DNA of 64,000 nt from NCBI GenBank assembly GCA_964364285.1, contig CAYIKZ010000001.1, positions 17,237 through 81,236 of the forward strand. Direction: 5' to 3'. This document shows positions 27,527 to 36,955 of the stretch, in pieces (position 1 is the stretch's first letter; each line of letters opens with the position of its first letter). A program made the position numbers and the translations under genes. The notes below the pieces were generated by a model, which searched no databases, was not told where the DNA came from, and worked only from the letters and a program-made list of their open reading frames with translations. This DNA is from an uncultured Candidatus Saccharibacteria bacterium (GTDB taxonomy: Bacteria > Patescibacteriota > Doudnabacteria > UBA920 > VMFF01).

Positions 27527-27963
27527 TATACATTGGATCTGATCATGGCGGGTTTAAATTAAAAGAAGATTTGAAGAAGTTTTTAAAGCGTGCTAAATGG
27601 CAGTATGTTGATGTTGGTGCAAAAAAACTTGTTAAAGATGATGACTTTACACCATATACTACAAAAGTATCAAAAGCAGTACAAAAAAATCCAGCAAAAA
27701 ACAAAGGCATTTTAATTTGTAGATCAGGACAGGGTGTTTGCATCGCAGCTAATCGTTTCAAACATGTCAGAGCAGCTCTTGCTTGGAATGAACACGCAGC
27801 TACTCATTCAAGACACGATGATGATGCTAATGTTCTTTGTCTTCCATCTGATTTCATTTCAACAGAAACAGCAGAAGATATAGTTTGGTTTTGGCTAACA
27901 ACAAAGTTCTCTTTTGAAAAGCGATTTATTAGGAGAATAAAAGAAATTAACAATCTAAAATAA
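27523..27963 (+). CDS. rpiB: Ribose-5-phosphate isomerase B
   Basis: GSDHGG, LICRSGQG, ANVLCL. Confidence 0.93.
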   Translation: MIYIGSDHGGFKLKEDLKKFLKRAKWQYVDVGAKKLVKDDDFTPYTTKVSKAVQKNPAKNKGILICRSGQGVCIAANRFKHVRAALAWNEHAATHSRHDDDANVLCLPSDFISTETAEDIVWFWLTTKFSFEKRFIRRIKEINNLK

Positions 27964-28625
27964 TGGCTATTGTAGTTCCGGCTATCCTTGAAGATGACTG
28001 GGATAATTTTAGAAATAAGTTAGGAATAATAATAAAGATCCCTGGTGTAAAACGCATCCAGGTTGATTTTTCAGATGGTCAGTTTACATCTCACAAGGAT
28101 TTACAGATATCAGAACTTGATATTTTAAATCCTGCTTTTGAATGGGAAGCACATCTCATGGTCAATGATCCACGAGCATATTTCTTTGAAGCAAAACTTG
28201 TTGGTTTCAAAACAGTTCTTTTCCATTTTGAAGCCATAAAAGACAAGAATGAGATTTTTCAACTAGCAGAAGAACTTGATGCTCTAAAATTAACTCCAGG
28301 TTTAGTAATTAACCCAGAGACAAGCATTACAGAGGTGTTGCCATATGTTGATTTTTTCAAACAAATTTCAATAATGGGGGTGCATCCTGGTGATAAAGGA
28401 CAGAAGGAGCTCCCTAACACGGCTGAGAAAGTTAGAGAATTGAGAAATGCTTACAAAAATGGTATATTAGAGGTGGATGGCGGCGTAAAAATATCGAATA
28501 TTAAGGAACTTTCCGCAGCCGGAGCAGACCTTTTGATAGCTAACTCAGCACTTTTTGATACCGGCTCAGAAGGTAACAAAACTCCTGCGGATAACTTCCA
28601 GGAACTGAGTCATGCAATTCTCTAG
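27963..28625 (+). CDS. rpe: Ribulose-phosphate 3-epimerase
   Basis: VDFSDG, EAHLMV, INPET, MGVHPG, EVDGGV. Confidence 0.88.
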   Translation: MAIVVPAILEDDWDNFRNKLGIIIKIPGVKRIQVDFSDGQFTSHKDLQISELDILNPAFEWEAHLMVNDPRAYFFEAKLVGFKTVLFHFEAIKDKNEIFQLAEELDALKLTPGLVINPETSITEVLPYVDFFKQISIMGVHPGDKGQKELPNTAEKVRELRNAYKNGILEVDGGVKISNIKELSAAGADLLIANSALFDTGSEGNKTPADNFQELSHAIL

Positions 28626-29409
28626 TTTTTGGCACAACATATCAGAGAGTATCAGCCGCACCAACAGACAGCTATTTGTTCTTTTACAAGCGGGGATACT
28701 TCTTTTTTTGTACGCCCTGCGTGATTTAGGAATAGCAGCAGCATTGTTTGCAGCAGGATACTTTGTTGCAAAAAAGAATCAACCAACAGGCTTGGTTTTA
28801 GAAATACTTTCATTGGTATATTTCCTGTTTTGGTTCATGAAATACAACGGCGCTTTGGGATTAGTCTATACATATCTTTCCCAGGGAGAAACAAAAATCT
28901 TAGAAATATCTTCTAAAGCTGAACGTCTTGGTTGGAAGTTCTTCTCAAATTCTTTTGGAGCTGGAGTTATCCTGTTCTTTGGACAGGTTTTACTAGCTTG
29001 TCCTTGTTTCCTTGCAAGAAGCAACTTCATTTTTAGTCCTTTCCTTTTTGTTTATGAAGACCTTGATTGGAAAAGAGCCAGAGAAAGAAGCAAAGAACTT
29101 TCAAGAGGGCTTGCCTGGTTTGTTTTAGCAAGAACCTTAGGACTTCTTTCCATCGGATACATTCTGCTTCTGGTTGCGATCGTTTTTCTGATCTCTCAAC
29201 AACTAATACTAGGTTTTGTTCTTCTGGGATTAATAATATATCTGGGGTTGGTACAAAGTAATTTCATTCGCCTGTTCTACATTGAAATGCTTGAAGCAAC
29301 AGAAGAGCAGAGAAACAGAGATATTGGTTCTCGCTTCAAAGTTTTAACAGCAGTTTCCTTAGTCATTGTTTTAATAACATACATAGTTTTTAAAGTCTTT
29401 CCTCACTAA
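28612..29409 (+). CDS. Hypothetical multi-pass membrane protein
   Basis: Several hydrophobic helices; overlaps the rpe stop. Confidence 0.75.
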   Translation: MQFSSFWHNISESISRTNRQLFVLLQAGILLFLYALRDLGIAAALFAAGYFVAKKNQPTGLVLEILSLVYFLFWFMKYNGALGLVYTYLSQGETKILEISSKAERLGWKFFSNSFGAGVILFFGQVLLACPCFLARSNFIFSPFLFVYEDLDWKRARERSKELSRGLAWFVLARTLGLLSIGYILLLVAIVFLISQQLILGFVLLGLIIYLGLVQSNFIRLFYIEMLEATEEQRNRDIGSRFKVLTAVSLVIVLITYIVFKVFPH

Positions 29410-29416
29410 AACAAAA

Positions 29417-30268
29417 ATGCAAAAATTAACAACACAACAACTTCAACTAAAAGCGAATGATATACGACAAGATATCATTGAAATGCTTTTAGAAGCTAAA
29501 TCCGGACATTCAGCCGGGCCTTTAGGTATGGCAGATGTTTTTGCAACCCTGTATTTTAATATTCTAAGACATGACCCGGAAAATCCAGGTTGGGTTGATA
29601 GGGACAAGCTTGTTTTGTCTTGCGGACACATTTGTCCTGTGTTTTACGCAACCCTTGCAGAAGCTGGATATTTTCCAAAAGAAGAACTTAAAACTCTTAG
29701 AAAACTTGGTACCAGATTACATGGCCATCCCCATAATTTAGCTCTTCCTGGAATTGAAAATTCTTCAGGTCCATTAGGACAAGGACTGTCTCAAGCAGTT
29801 GGTATGGCGCTAGCTTCTCGTATGGATAGAACAACAGGAAGAATCTATGCAATCTGCAGTGATGGTGAACAAGATGAAGGACAGGTTTGGGAAGCTTTGA
29901 TGTTTGCTGGAAAAAATCGTTTGCATAACCTCACTGTCATTCTAGATCGCAATAACATTCAAATAGATGGGTACACTGAAGATGTTATGCCCCTAGAACC
30001 GTTGAAGGATAAATACGAGGCTTTTAATTTTCATGTAATTGAAGTAGATGGACATAACTATCAGCAGATCATTGATGCTTGCAATGAAGCAAAAGCAATC
30101 TATGAAAAACCAACTATGATAATAGCGCATACAATTCCTGGAAAAGGTGTTGGCTTCATGGAATATGATTACAAATGGCATGGTACGCCACCAAACAAAG
30201 AACAAGGACTAAAGGCCTTAAATGATCTACGAACATTAAGAGGCATGATTCAAGGAGAACACCAATAA
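29417..30268 (+). CDS. Transketolase, N-terminal (TPP-binding) subunit
   Basis: SGHSAG, LSCGH, GPLGQGLS, SDGEQDEG...N. Confidence 0.93.
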   Translation: MQKLTTQQLQLKANDIRQDIIEMLLEAKSGHSAGPLGMADVFATLYFNILRHDPENPGWVDRDKLVLSCGHICPVFYATLAEAGYFPKEELKTLRKLGTRLHGHPHNLALPGIENSSGPLGQGLSQAVGMALASRMDRTTGRIYAICSDGEQDEGQVWEALMFAGKNRLHNLTVILDRNNIQIDGYTEDVMPLEPLKDKYEAFNFHVIEVDGHNYQQIIDACNEAKAIYEKPTMIIAHTIPGKGVGFMEYDYKWHGTPPNKEQGLKALNDLRTLRGMIQGEHQ

Positions 30269-31272
30269 TGCCGGAAATTAATTTAGAACCTATAAAGATT
30301 TCTGAAAAAATTGGAGCAGAAGATATAGAACAAAAAGCAACCAGAGACGGATATGGTGATGCTTTGGTTGAACTTGGTGAAAAGAACCCAAACGTTGTTG
30401 TTCTTACAGGGGATCTTTCAGAATCTACAAGAGCTCAGGCTTTCCAAAAGAAATTCCCGGAAAGATTTTTTGATGTTGGAGTTGCTGAACAAAACATGAT
30501 GGGTATTGCAGCAGGTCTTGCACTTGCTGGAAAAATTCCTTTTGTTTCTTCGTATGCAACATTTTCTCCTGGAAGAAACTGGGACCAGCTAAGAGTTAGT
30601 GTTGCTTATAGCCAAGCGAACGTAAAAATTGCGGGAGCACACACAGGTGTTTCTGTTGGTCCTGATGGCGCAACGCACCAGTCTTTGGAAGATATTGCTC
30701 TGACTAGGGTTTTGCCAGGGCTTGTTGTCATAGTTCCTTGTGACTATCTTCAAACAAAACAAGCAACCCTAGCTGCGGCAGCTTACAAAGGACCAGTATA
30801 CTTTAGATTTACAAGAGAAAAATCACCAATCATTACTTCTCCTGAAACTGGATTTGAGATTGGGAAAGCACAAGTTATGCGAGATGGTAAAGACGTTGTC
30901 GTCATTGGCTGTGGTCCTGTTTTGTACAACGCATTTCTTGCAGCGAAAGATTTAGAAAAACAAGGTATTAGTGTCATGATTGTTAACAACCATACCATAA
31001 AGCCGATTGATAACGATACAATTATCGCGGCAGCGAAAAAATGTGGCGCAGTAGTCACTTTAGAGGAACATCAAATTAGCGCAGGTGCTGGTAGTGCAGT
31101 TTGTGAAGTGCTTGCGAAAAACTATCCTGTTCCTGTTGAAATGGTTGGTATGCCTGATTCTTTCGGAGAAAGCGGTCAACCAGAAGAACTAATCAAAAAG
31201 TTTGGCATGGATTCAGAAGCTATTAAAAAAGCAATTCAAAAAGTAATACAAAGAAAGGTGAAAAATGGTTAA
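30268..31272 (+). CDS. Transketolase, C-terminal subunit
   Basis: GVAEQNM, DGATHQ, EEHQ. Confidence 0.93.
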   Translation: MPEINLEPIKISEKIGAEDIEQKATRDGYGDALVELGEKNPNVVVLTGDLSESTRAQAFQKKFPERFFDVGVAEQNMMGIAAGLALAGKIPFVSSYATFSPGRNWDQLRVSVAYSQANVKIAGAHTGVSVGPDGATHQSLEDIALTRVLPGLVVIVPCDYLQTKQATLAAAAYKGPVYFRFTREKSPIITSPETGFEIGKAQVMRDGKDVVVIGCGPVLYNAFLAAKDLEKQGISVMIVNNHTIKPIDNDTIIAAAKKCGAVVTLEEHQISAGAGSAVCEVLAKNYPVPVEMVGMPDSFGESGQPEELIKKFGMDSEAIKKAIQKVIQRKVKNG

Positions 31273-32257
31273 AGCTAAAAAAATAAAGTTTGATATTGTT
31301 TCAATAGGGGATTGTACCATTGATGCGTTTTTACATATTGAAGAAGCAGAAGTACATAATACAAAAAAAGGAAAGAAGCTAAGCTTTAGTTATGGCGACA
31401 AAATTCCTTACGAGAGTTTAACAATACTCTCAGCAGGTAATTGCAATAATATTGCGGTTGGTTCTTCTCGTTTGGGTTTGAAAGCAGGATATTATGGTAC
31501 AGTTGGCGGAGATCATAACTCACATGTCATTTTAAACAAACTTCAGAAAGAGGGTGTTAGTAGAGATTTGATGAGTATACAAAAACATGCTCAAACAAAT
31601 TTTCATGTTGTTCTTTGGTACAAAAAAGACAGAACAATACTCATAAAGCACCAGCCATACACATACCATCTTCCTTCTGGAATTAATTCAACAAATTGGG
31701 TATATCTTTCAACAGTTGGTCCAAGAGGATTAAAGCTACACACGGAAATTGTTGATTTTCTTAAAAAGAATCCAAACATCAAAATGGCTTTCAATCCAGG
31801 AACATATCAGTTGCGATTGGGCCTTTCTAAATTAAAACCTCTTTTCAAACACACAGAAATCCTTTTTGTTAACAAAGAAGAGGCTCAACTTTTAGTTGAT
31901 GGAAAAACAGATGATTTTAGAGAGCTTGCTAACAGACTGCATAAACATGGGCCTAAAACTGTTGTCATAACAAACGGGTTAAAAGGTTCTTACTGTCTCC
32001 ACGGCAATGCTTTCTACTACATGGGTATATATCCTCACACGCCATTTGAAGCGACAGGTTGTGGAGATGCGTATGCTGTTGGTTTTACATCAGCAAGAGT
32101 TCACGGACTTTCAGTACCTGAGAGTTTGCGTTGGGGCTCTAGAAACGGCGCTTCTGTAGCAACCAAGATTGGTCCTCAAGAAGGATTAGTTAAATTCTCT
32201 CAGATGCAAAAAGATTTGAAATCACACAAAAGCTTTCAAGCAAAAATAATTAAATAA
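31265..32257 (+). CDS. PfkB/ribokinase-family carbohydrate kinase
   Basis: NIAVGSSRLG, FNPG, NKEEA, ATGCGDAY. Confidence 0.9.
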   Translation: MVKAKKIKFDIVSIGDCTIDAFLHIEEAEVHNTKKGKKLSFSYGDKIPYESLTILSAGNCNNIAVGSSRLGLKAGYYGTVGGDHNSHVILNKLQKEGVSRDLMSIQKHAQTNFHVVLWYKKDRTILIKHQPYTYHLPSGINSTNWVYLSTVGPRGLKLHTEIVDFLKKNPNIKMAFNPGTYQLRLGLSKLKPLFKHTEILFVNKEEAQLLVDGKTDDFRELANRLHKHGPKTVVITNGLKGSYCLHGNAFYYMGIYPHTPFEATGCGDAYAVGFTSARVHGLSVPESLRWGSRNGASVATKIGPQEGLVKFSQMQKDLKSHKSFQAKIIK

Positions 32258-32265
32258 CAAACAAA

Positions 32266-33288
32266 ATGGAGAAAATAAACGTTGCGATAAATGGATTTGG
32301 TAGAATCGGAAGACAGGCTTTTAAAATTGCTTTAGAAAAAAAAGAGATAGAGATTGTTGCGATAAATGATTTAACCAGTCCAGAAGTTTTGGCGCACCTT
32401 TTAAAATATGATAGCAACTACGGTATTTATAGCAAGGATGTGAGTTTTGATGAAAAACATATTATTGTTGATGGAAAAAAGATTCTTGTTCTTTCAGAAA
32501 AAGATCCAAGCATGCTTCCATGGAAAAAAATGAAAGTTGATGTTGTCATAGAATCAACAGGAAGATTTAACAGCGCAGAAACAGCGGGCGCACATATAAA
32601 AGTAGGAGCAAAAAAAGTTGTCATCTCAAGTCCTGCAAAAGATGAAGGTGAAACAAAGACCTTTGTTCTTTCAGTTAATGACAAAGACTACAATGGTGAA
32701 CCAATAATCTCAAATGCTTCTTGCACAACAAACTGTATTACTCCGGTTGCTCAGATTCTAGAAGACAAGTTTGGGATTAAGAAAATAATGATGACAACAA
32801 TTCATTCATACACAGCAGAACAAAACCTTGTTGATGGTCCTCCTCCTGGTGGACACTCGACAGATCTTCGAAGAGCAAGAGCAGCAGCACAAAACATTGT
32901 TCCAACTTCAACAGGAGCAACCATTGCAGCAACAGAAGCAATTCCAAACCTTAAAGGACTATTCCACGGTCTTTCAATACGTGTTCCAACAGCTGTTGGG
33001 TCTCTTTCAGACTTCGTTGCTTTACTAGAGAAAAAAACAACCAAAGAAGAGTTAAACCAAACCTTTATAGATGCTTCTAAAACAAGCCGTTTTAAAGGCA
33101 TTTTAAGCGTCTCTAATGCGCCTTTGGTCTCTTCTGACATAGTTGGCAATCCAAGCTCTGCAATCGTAGATTTAGGTCTTACAGAGGTCATTGATGGGGA
33201 CTTTGTGAAGGTTGTTGCTTGGTATGACAATGAATTCGGGTATTCCAACCGTTTAGTTGAAGAAGTGATCATGGTTGCGGGGAAATAA
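32266..33288 (+). CDS. gap: Glyceraldehyde-3-phosphate dehydrogenase type I
   Basis: INGFGRIGR, SNASCTTNC, WYDNE. Confidence 0.97.
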   Translation: MEKINVAINGFGRIGRQAFKIALEKKEIEIVAINDLTSPEVLAHLLKYDSNYGIYSKDVSFDEKHIIVDGKKILVLSEKDPSMLPWKKMKVDVVIESTGRFNSAETAGAHIKVGAKKVVISSPAKDEGETKTFVLSVNDKDYNGEPIISNASCTTNCITPVAQILEDKFGIKKIMMTTIHSYTAEQNLVDGPPPGGHSTDLRRARAAAQNIVPTSTGATIAATEAIPNLKGLFHGLSIRVPTAVGSLSDFVALLEKKTTKEELNQTFIDASKTSRFKGILSVSNAPLVSSDIVGNPSSAIVDLGLTEVIDGDFVKVVAWYDNEFGYSNRLVEEVIMVAGK

Positions 33289-33292
33289 CGGG

Positions 33293-34504
33293 ATGAAGTT
33301 TTTAAGCTCCCAACAGAATCTTTCGAGGAAAACCGTGCTTTTGCGGGCTGATTTAGATGCGCCCAGAGAAGGAAACAAAGTCCTTGATGATTCAAGAATT
33401 AAAGCATCTGTATCAACGATTAAGTATCTAACAGATCAGGGAGCAAAGATAGTTGTTGTTTCAAAAAACGGAAGACCAGAAGGTTGGCAAGAAGAATACA
33501 CTTTAAAACCAATCGCAGAATATCTTGCAAAGCTACTTTCTAAAAACTTTGTTTCTACAAAAGAATATTCAGATCAGTATTTTAATGAAGTAGTTTTTTT
33601 TGAAGGGGATATAATCAAAGATGGAGCTGTTGATATTGTTAAAAGACTTTCTCAAAAAAACATTGTCATTCTAGAAAACATTCGTTTCTACAAACAAGAG
33701 GAAGAACCAAGTCCAGTGTTTGCAAAATATCTTTCAAGTTTAGGAGAAATATTTGTTAACGATGCTTTTGCAATGATGCACAGAAACGAAGCATCTGTTT
33801 CACTCATCCCCAAATATTTACCAAGTTTTGCCGGTTTAAATGTTGAAAAAGAATTGAATGCTCTAAACAAACTTTTAACGCTAAAAGCAAATCCATTTAC
33901 TGTAATTATTGGTGGAGCAAAGATTTCCGACAAAATTGGTGCCATAAAAAATCTGGGGAAGAGAGCAGAGCATATTCTTGTTGGCGGTGGTCCTGCAAAT
34001 CTTTTTTTCTTAACCCAAGGTTTTGAAATTGGAGGATCTCTTTGTGAAAAAGAAGAGATTGATGTTGCAAAAGATTTAATGCGCAATTACAAGCAAAAAC
34101 TTGTTTTGCCTGTTGATGTTGTTGTTGCAAAATCAAAGGATCACAGTCAAGCACGAGTTTGTAAACCAGAACAAGTTTCAAAAGATGAAGCAATTTTAGA
34201 TATTGGACCACAAACAACTCTGCTTTTTTCAAAGATTGTTAAAGAGTCAAAAAAAATGGTTTGGAATGGACCAATGGGTTTGTTTGAAGAAAAGCAATTT
34301 TCGCACGGGACAATGAGTCTTGCCTTGATATTCGCTGCCCGCTGCAATGGTTATGCATATGGAGTTGTTGGTGGTGGTGATACACTAGATGCATTAAACA
34401 AAGCGAAAGTTTTAGACCAGATTGATTTTGTTTCAACAGCAGGGGGCGCAACATTAGATTTCCTGGCAGGTGAAAATCTTCCTGGATTGAAAGCGTTAGA
34501 ATAA
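33293..34504 (+). CDS. pgk: Phosphoglycerate kinase
   Basis: LENIRF, FVNDAF, GGAKISDK, WNGPMG, GGGDT, STAGGA; start set at 33293. Confidence 0.95.
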   Translation: MKFLSSQQNLSRKTVLLRADLDAPREGNKVLDDSRIKASVSTIKYLTDQGAKIVVVSKNGRPEGWQEEYTLKPIAEYLAKLLSKNFVSTKEYSDQYFNEVVFFEGDIIKDGAVDIVKRLSQKNIVILENIRFYKQEEEPSPVFAKYLSSLGEIFVNDAFAMMHRNEASVSLIPKYLPSFAGLNVEKELNALNKLLTLKANPFTVIIGGAKISDKIGAIKNLGKRAEHILVGGGPANLFFLTQGFEIGGSLCEKEEIDVAKDLMRNYKQKLVLPVDVVVAKSKDHSQARVCKPEQVSKDEAILDIGPQTTLLFSKIVKESKKMVWNGPMGLFEEKQFSHGTMSLALIFAARCNGYAYGVVGGGDTLDALNKAKVLDQIDFVSTAGGATLDFLAGENLPGLKALE

Positions 34505-34512
34505 CGGAACAT

Positions 34513-36147
34513 ATGGAAATACCTCATTACAAAAAAATAGTTCTTCTGGTGTTGGATGGTTTTGGTGTTGCTTCTAAATCAAGAGGAAATGCCATTTCTC
34601 AAGCAAACCCAGCGCACTTAAACAACCTACTCGCAAATTATCCAGCAATAACCTTACAGGCATCAGGACCTTTGGTTGGTTTGCCTTGGGGTGAAATGGG
34701 GAACTCAGAGGTTGGACATTTAAATATCGGAGCAGGAAGAATCGTTGCTCAAGACTTGCCTCGTATTACAGCAAGCATTCAAAGTGGAGAGTTTTTTAAA
34801 AATCCAGTGTTCTCAAAAGCATGCGAGCATGTTAAGAAAAACAACTCAAAATTGCATCTTCTTGGAATGGTCAGCCCAGGTGGAGTTCATAGTTATGACG
34901 AACACCTTTATGCGCTGCTTGGTTTAGCCGCAGAGCAGGGTATTCAAAACACATATATTCACATGATTACAGATGGAAGAGACACAGAACAAAAAGTTGC
35001 TCTAGCAAGTCTTGAAAAGCTACATAACAAAGTTGCTCAGATTGGTGTTGGAAAAATTGCGACAATTTGTGGAAGATTCTATGCAATGGACAGAGGCGGG
35101 CATTGGCAGCAAACAGAAATGGCATATCAAGCAATGGTAAATGGTGTGGGAGAGAAATCAATCAGTCCAATGGAAGCAGTAGCTACAAATTATGTTAAAG
35201 GTATATTTGATGAAATGATTAAACCAACCATCATCACAGAAGGTGATAGACCTGTTGCGAAAATTGAAAATAATGATGCTGTAATATTCTTTAACTTTAG
35301 ACAAGACCGTGCAATGCAGTTAACAGTTGCTTTTGTTGCTCCTGAAAAAATGGAGATACCACAAAAACATCAACCTTTAGAAAACCTTTGCTTTGTAACA
35401 ATGACCTCATATATGCCGGATCTGAAAGCAGATGTTGCTTATGGACCAATTGAGATTGACAATGACATTGCAAGCTTAATTTCTAAAGCAGGATTAAAAC
35501 AATTCCATGCTGCAGAGAGCGAAAAGTTTGCACACGTCACATCGTTTTTCAATGGTGGAAAAATGGATCCTCTTCCAGGAGAAGAGAGAAGTATAATTTC
35601 AAGCCCTGATAACACAAGCAACTATTCAGATAGACCAGAAATGTCTGTTGCAAAACTTACTGACACCTTAGTAGATCGTATAAATCACGGGGATGATAGT
35701 TTTTATGTCGTGAACTTTGCTAATGCGGATATGGTAGGACACACTGGAAACTTAAACTCAGCAATCGACGCTATTAAAGCAATTGATGAAGAGATTGGTA
35801 AAATTGCGGCCGCAATTTTACCACTGCAAGGAGCTTTGATAATCACAGCAGATCATGGCAATGCTGAATTGATGATAAATAACAACACAGGGGAGATAAA
35901 TAAGGACCACACAACATCCCCAGTCCCCTTTGTTTTGATTGCTAATGAATTTAAAAGATCAAAACCAGAGCAGATAGACTACGACACGCTCGCTGGTCTT
36001 ATGCCAGAAGGAGCGCTTTCAGATATTGCACCAACGATTCTTGAACTCTTTGGAATACCAAAACCAGAACAGATGACAGGAATTAGCTTGATTCCTGTTT
36101 TAGAAGAAGAGATTTTGAAAAAAGTTAGTAACATGTTAGGGAGTTAA
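34513..36147 (+). CDS. gpmI: 2,3-bisphosphoglycerate-independent phosphoglycerate mutase
   Basis: LDGFG, MGNSEVGH, GRFYAMDR, NADMVGHTG, ADHGNAE. Confidence 0.96.
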   Translation: MEIPHYKKIVLLVLDGFGVASKSRGNAISQANPAHLNNLLANYPAITLQASGPLVGLPWGEMGNSEVGHLNIGAGRIVAQDLPRITASIQSGEFFKNPVFSKACEHVKKNNSKLHLLGMVSPGGVHSYDEHLYALLGLAAEQGIQNTYIHMITDGRDTEQKVALASLEKLHNKVAQIGVGKIATICGRFYAMDRGGHWQQTEMAYQAMVNGVGEKSISPMEAVATNYVKGIFDEMIKPTIITEGDRPVAKIENNDAVIFFNFRQDRAMQLTVAFVAPEKMEIPQKHQPLENLCFVTMTSYMPDLKADVAYGPIEIDNDIASLISKAGLKQFHAAESEKFAHVTSFFNGGKMDPLPGEERSIISSPDNTSNYSDRPEMSVAKLTDTLVDRINHGDDSFYVVNFANADMVGHTGNLNSAIDAIKAIDEEIGKIAAAILPLQGALIITADHGNAELMINNNTGEINKDHTTSPVPFVLIANEFKRSKPEQIDYDTLAGLMPEGALSDIAPTILELFGIPKPEQMTGISLIPVLEEEILKKVSNMLGS

Positions 36148-36191
36148 GCTGGGCTCATGGTTTTAGGTATAGATTTATGTCTATGCTTGGA

Positions 36192-36218
36192 ACTCTTAGC
36201 TCACAGAGAGCAGAGTAT
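36192..36218 (+). repeat. Conserved 5' leader hairpin motif, copy 1
   Basis: ACTCTTAGCTCAC-AGA-GAGCAGAGTAT; near-identical copy at 60674-60701. Confidence 0.8.
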
Positions 36219-36255
36219 TTCGGTTTAGACTCGGCAACCTTGAGGAGGATTTACG

Positions 36256-36846
36256 ATGACACTCGCGGTTTCGTCTGATGTTCCGTCTTCGCACGGGTCA
36301 GTAAAGGTTTGCCATCTTGGACTGGTTCGGCATGAGGCATTGGAGCCAAGGCTTGAAGGACTCACACCGCTTCATGCCGCCGTTCTGGCTGATGCCTGTG
36401 AGGAATACCGAGACGCTTTCGACTTGCTGACGACTCGGTTCCTCGCTGAGCGCATTATCCCAGCGGCGATCGAAGACTGCAAGTTCAAGATCGTTGCTGG
36501 GTCGTCCAATCTGCAGTATGCGGATTTTCCCATCAACGAGCAGTCACTCGACGACGTGGGTCTAGCTCCAAACGGTATTCTCCGTTCGGTTCATCAGATT
36601 CTCGAGGAGTATCCGCTTGAAGCCTTTGCCTCTCCATTGACAGCGTTGCGCTACGCTGCGAGGTACCCAGAAGTTTACATGGTCGCTCCAATCAACGTGC
36701 TGTTCGCGGCCATGGGCAAGCTATGGGGCATGACCTTTCTGAATTGGCAGGGTTTGCACAAGATGATTGTGCGCCAGTTCTTCCTCGAAGCCCGGTTCGC
36801 TACTGGAGAGCGTTTCCTTGTTCTCCGACGTGGTCGTTTGCGCTGA
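36256..36846 (+). CDS. GC-rich orphan hypothetical protein (196 aa)
   Basis: GGAGGAT SD before ATG, open frame, 3' hairpins; C-terminus ...FATGERFLVLRR. Confidence 0.75.
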   Translation: MTLAVSSDVPSSHGSVKVCHLGLVRHEALEPRLEGLTPLHAAVLADACEEYRDAFDLLTTRFLAERIIPAAIEDCKFKIVAGSSNLQYADFPINEQSLDDVGLAPNGILRSVHQILEEYPLEAFASPLTALRYAARYPEVYMVAPINVLFAAMGKLWGMTFLNWQGLHKMIVRQFFLEARFATGERFLVLRRGRLR

Positions 36847-36861
36847 TGTCATCAAGATTCT

Positions 36862-36920
36862 GGGCCTTGTGCCCGAAGCTGGAGCCGCGTTTTGTTTGTC
36901 GAAACGCGGTTCTGCCTTTT
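36862..36920 (+). terminator. Double hairpin / terminator after the orphan gene
   Basis: GGGC-CTTGT-GCCC, then GGAGCCGCGTTTTG...CGAAACGCGGTTCT and a T-run. Confidence 0.6.
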
Positions 36921-36955
36921 CTAAAAACAATCTTTTGTTATGCTACAATGAAAAT

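Noticed and set aside
36767-36955. N-terminal extension of RecJ in the ORF track
   Set aside because: Overlaps the orphan gene and its hairpins; RecJ-like sequence begins at 36956.
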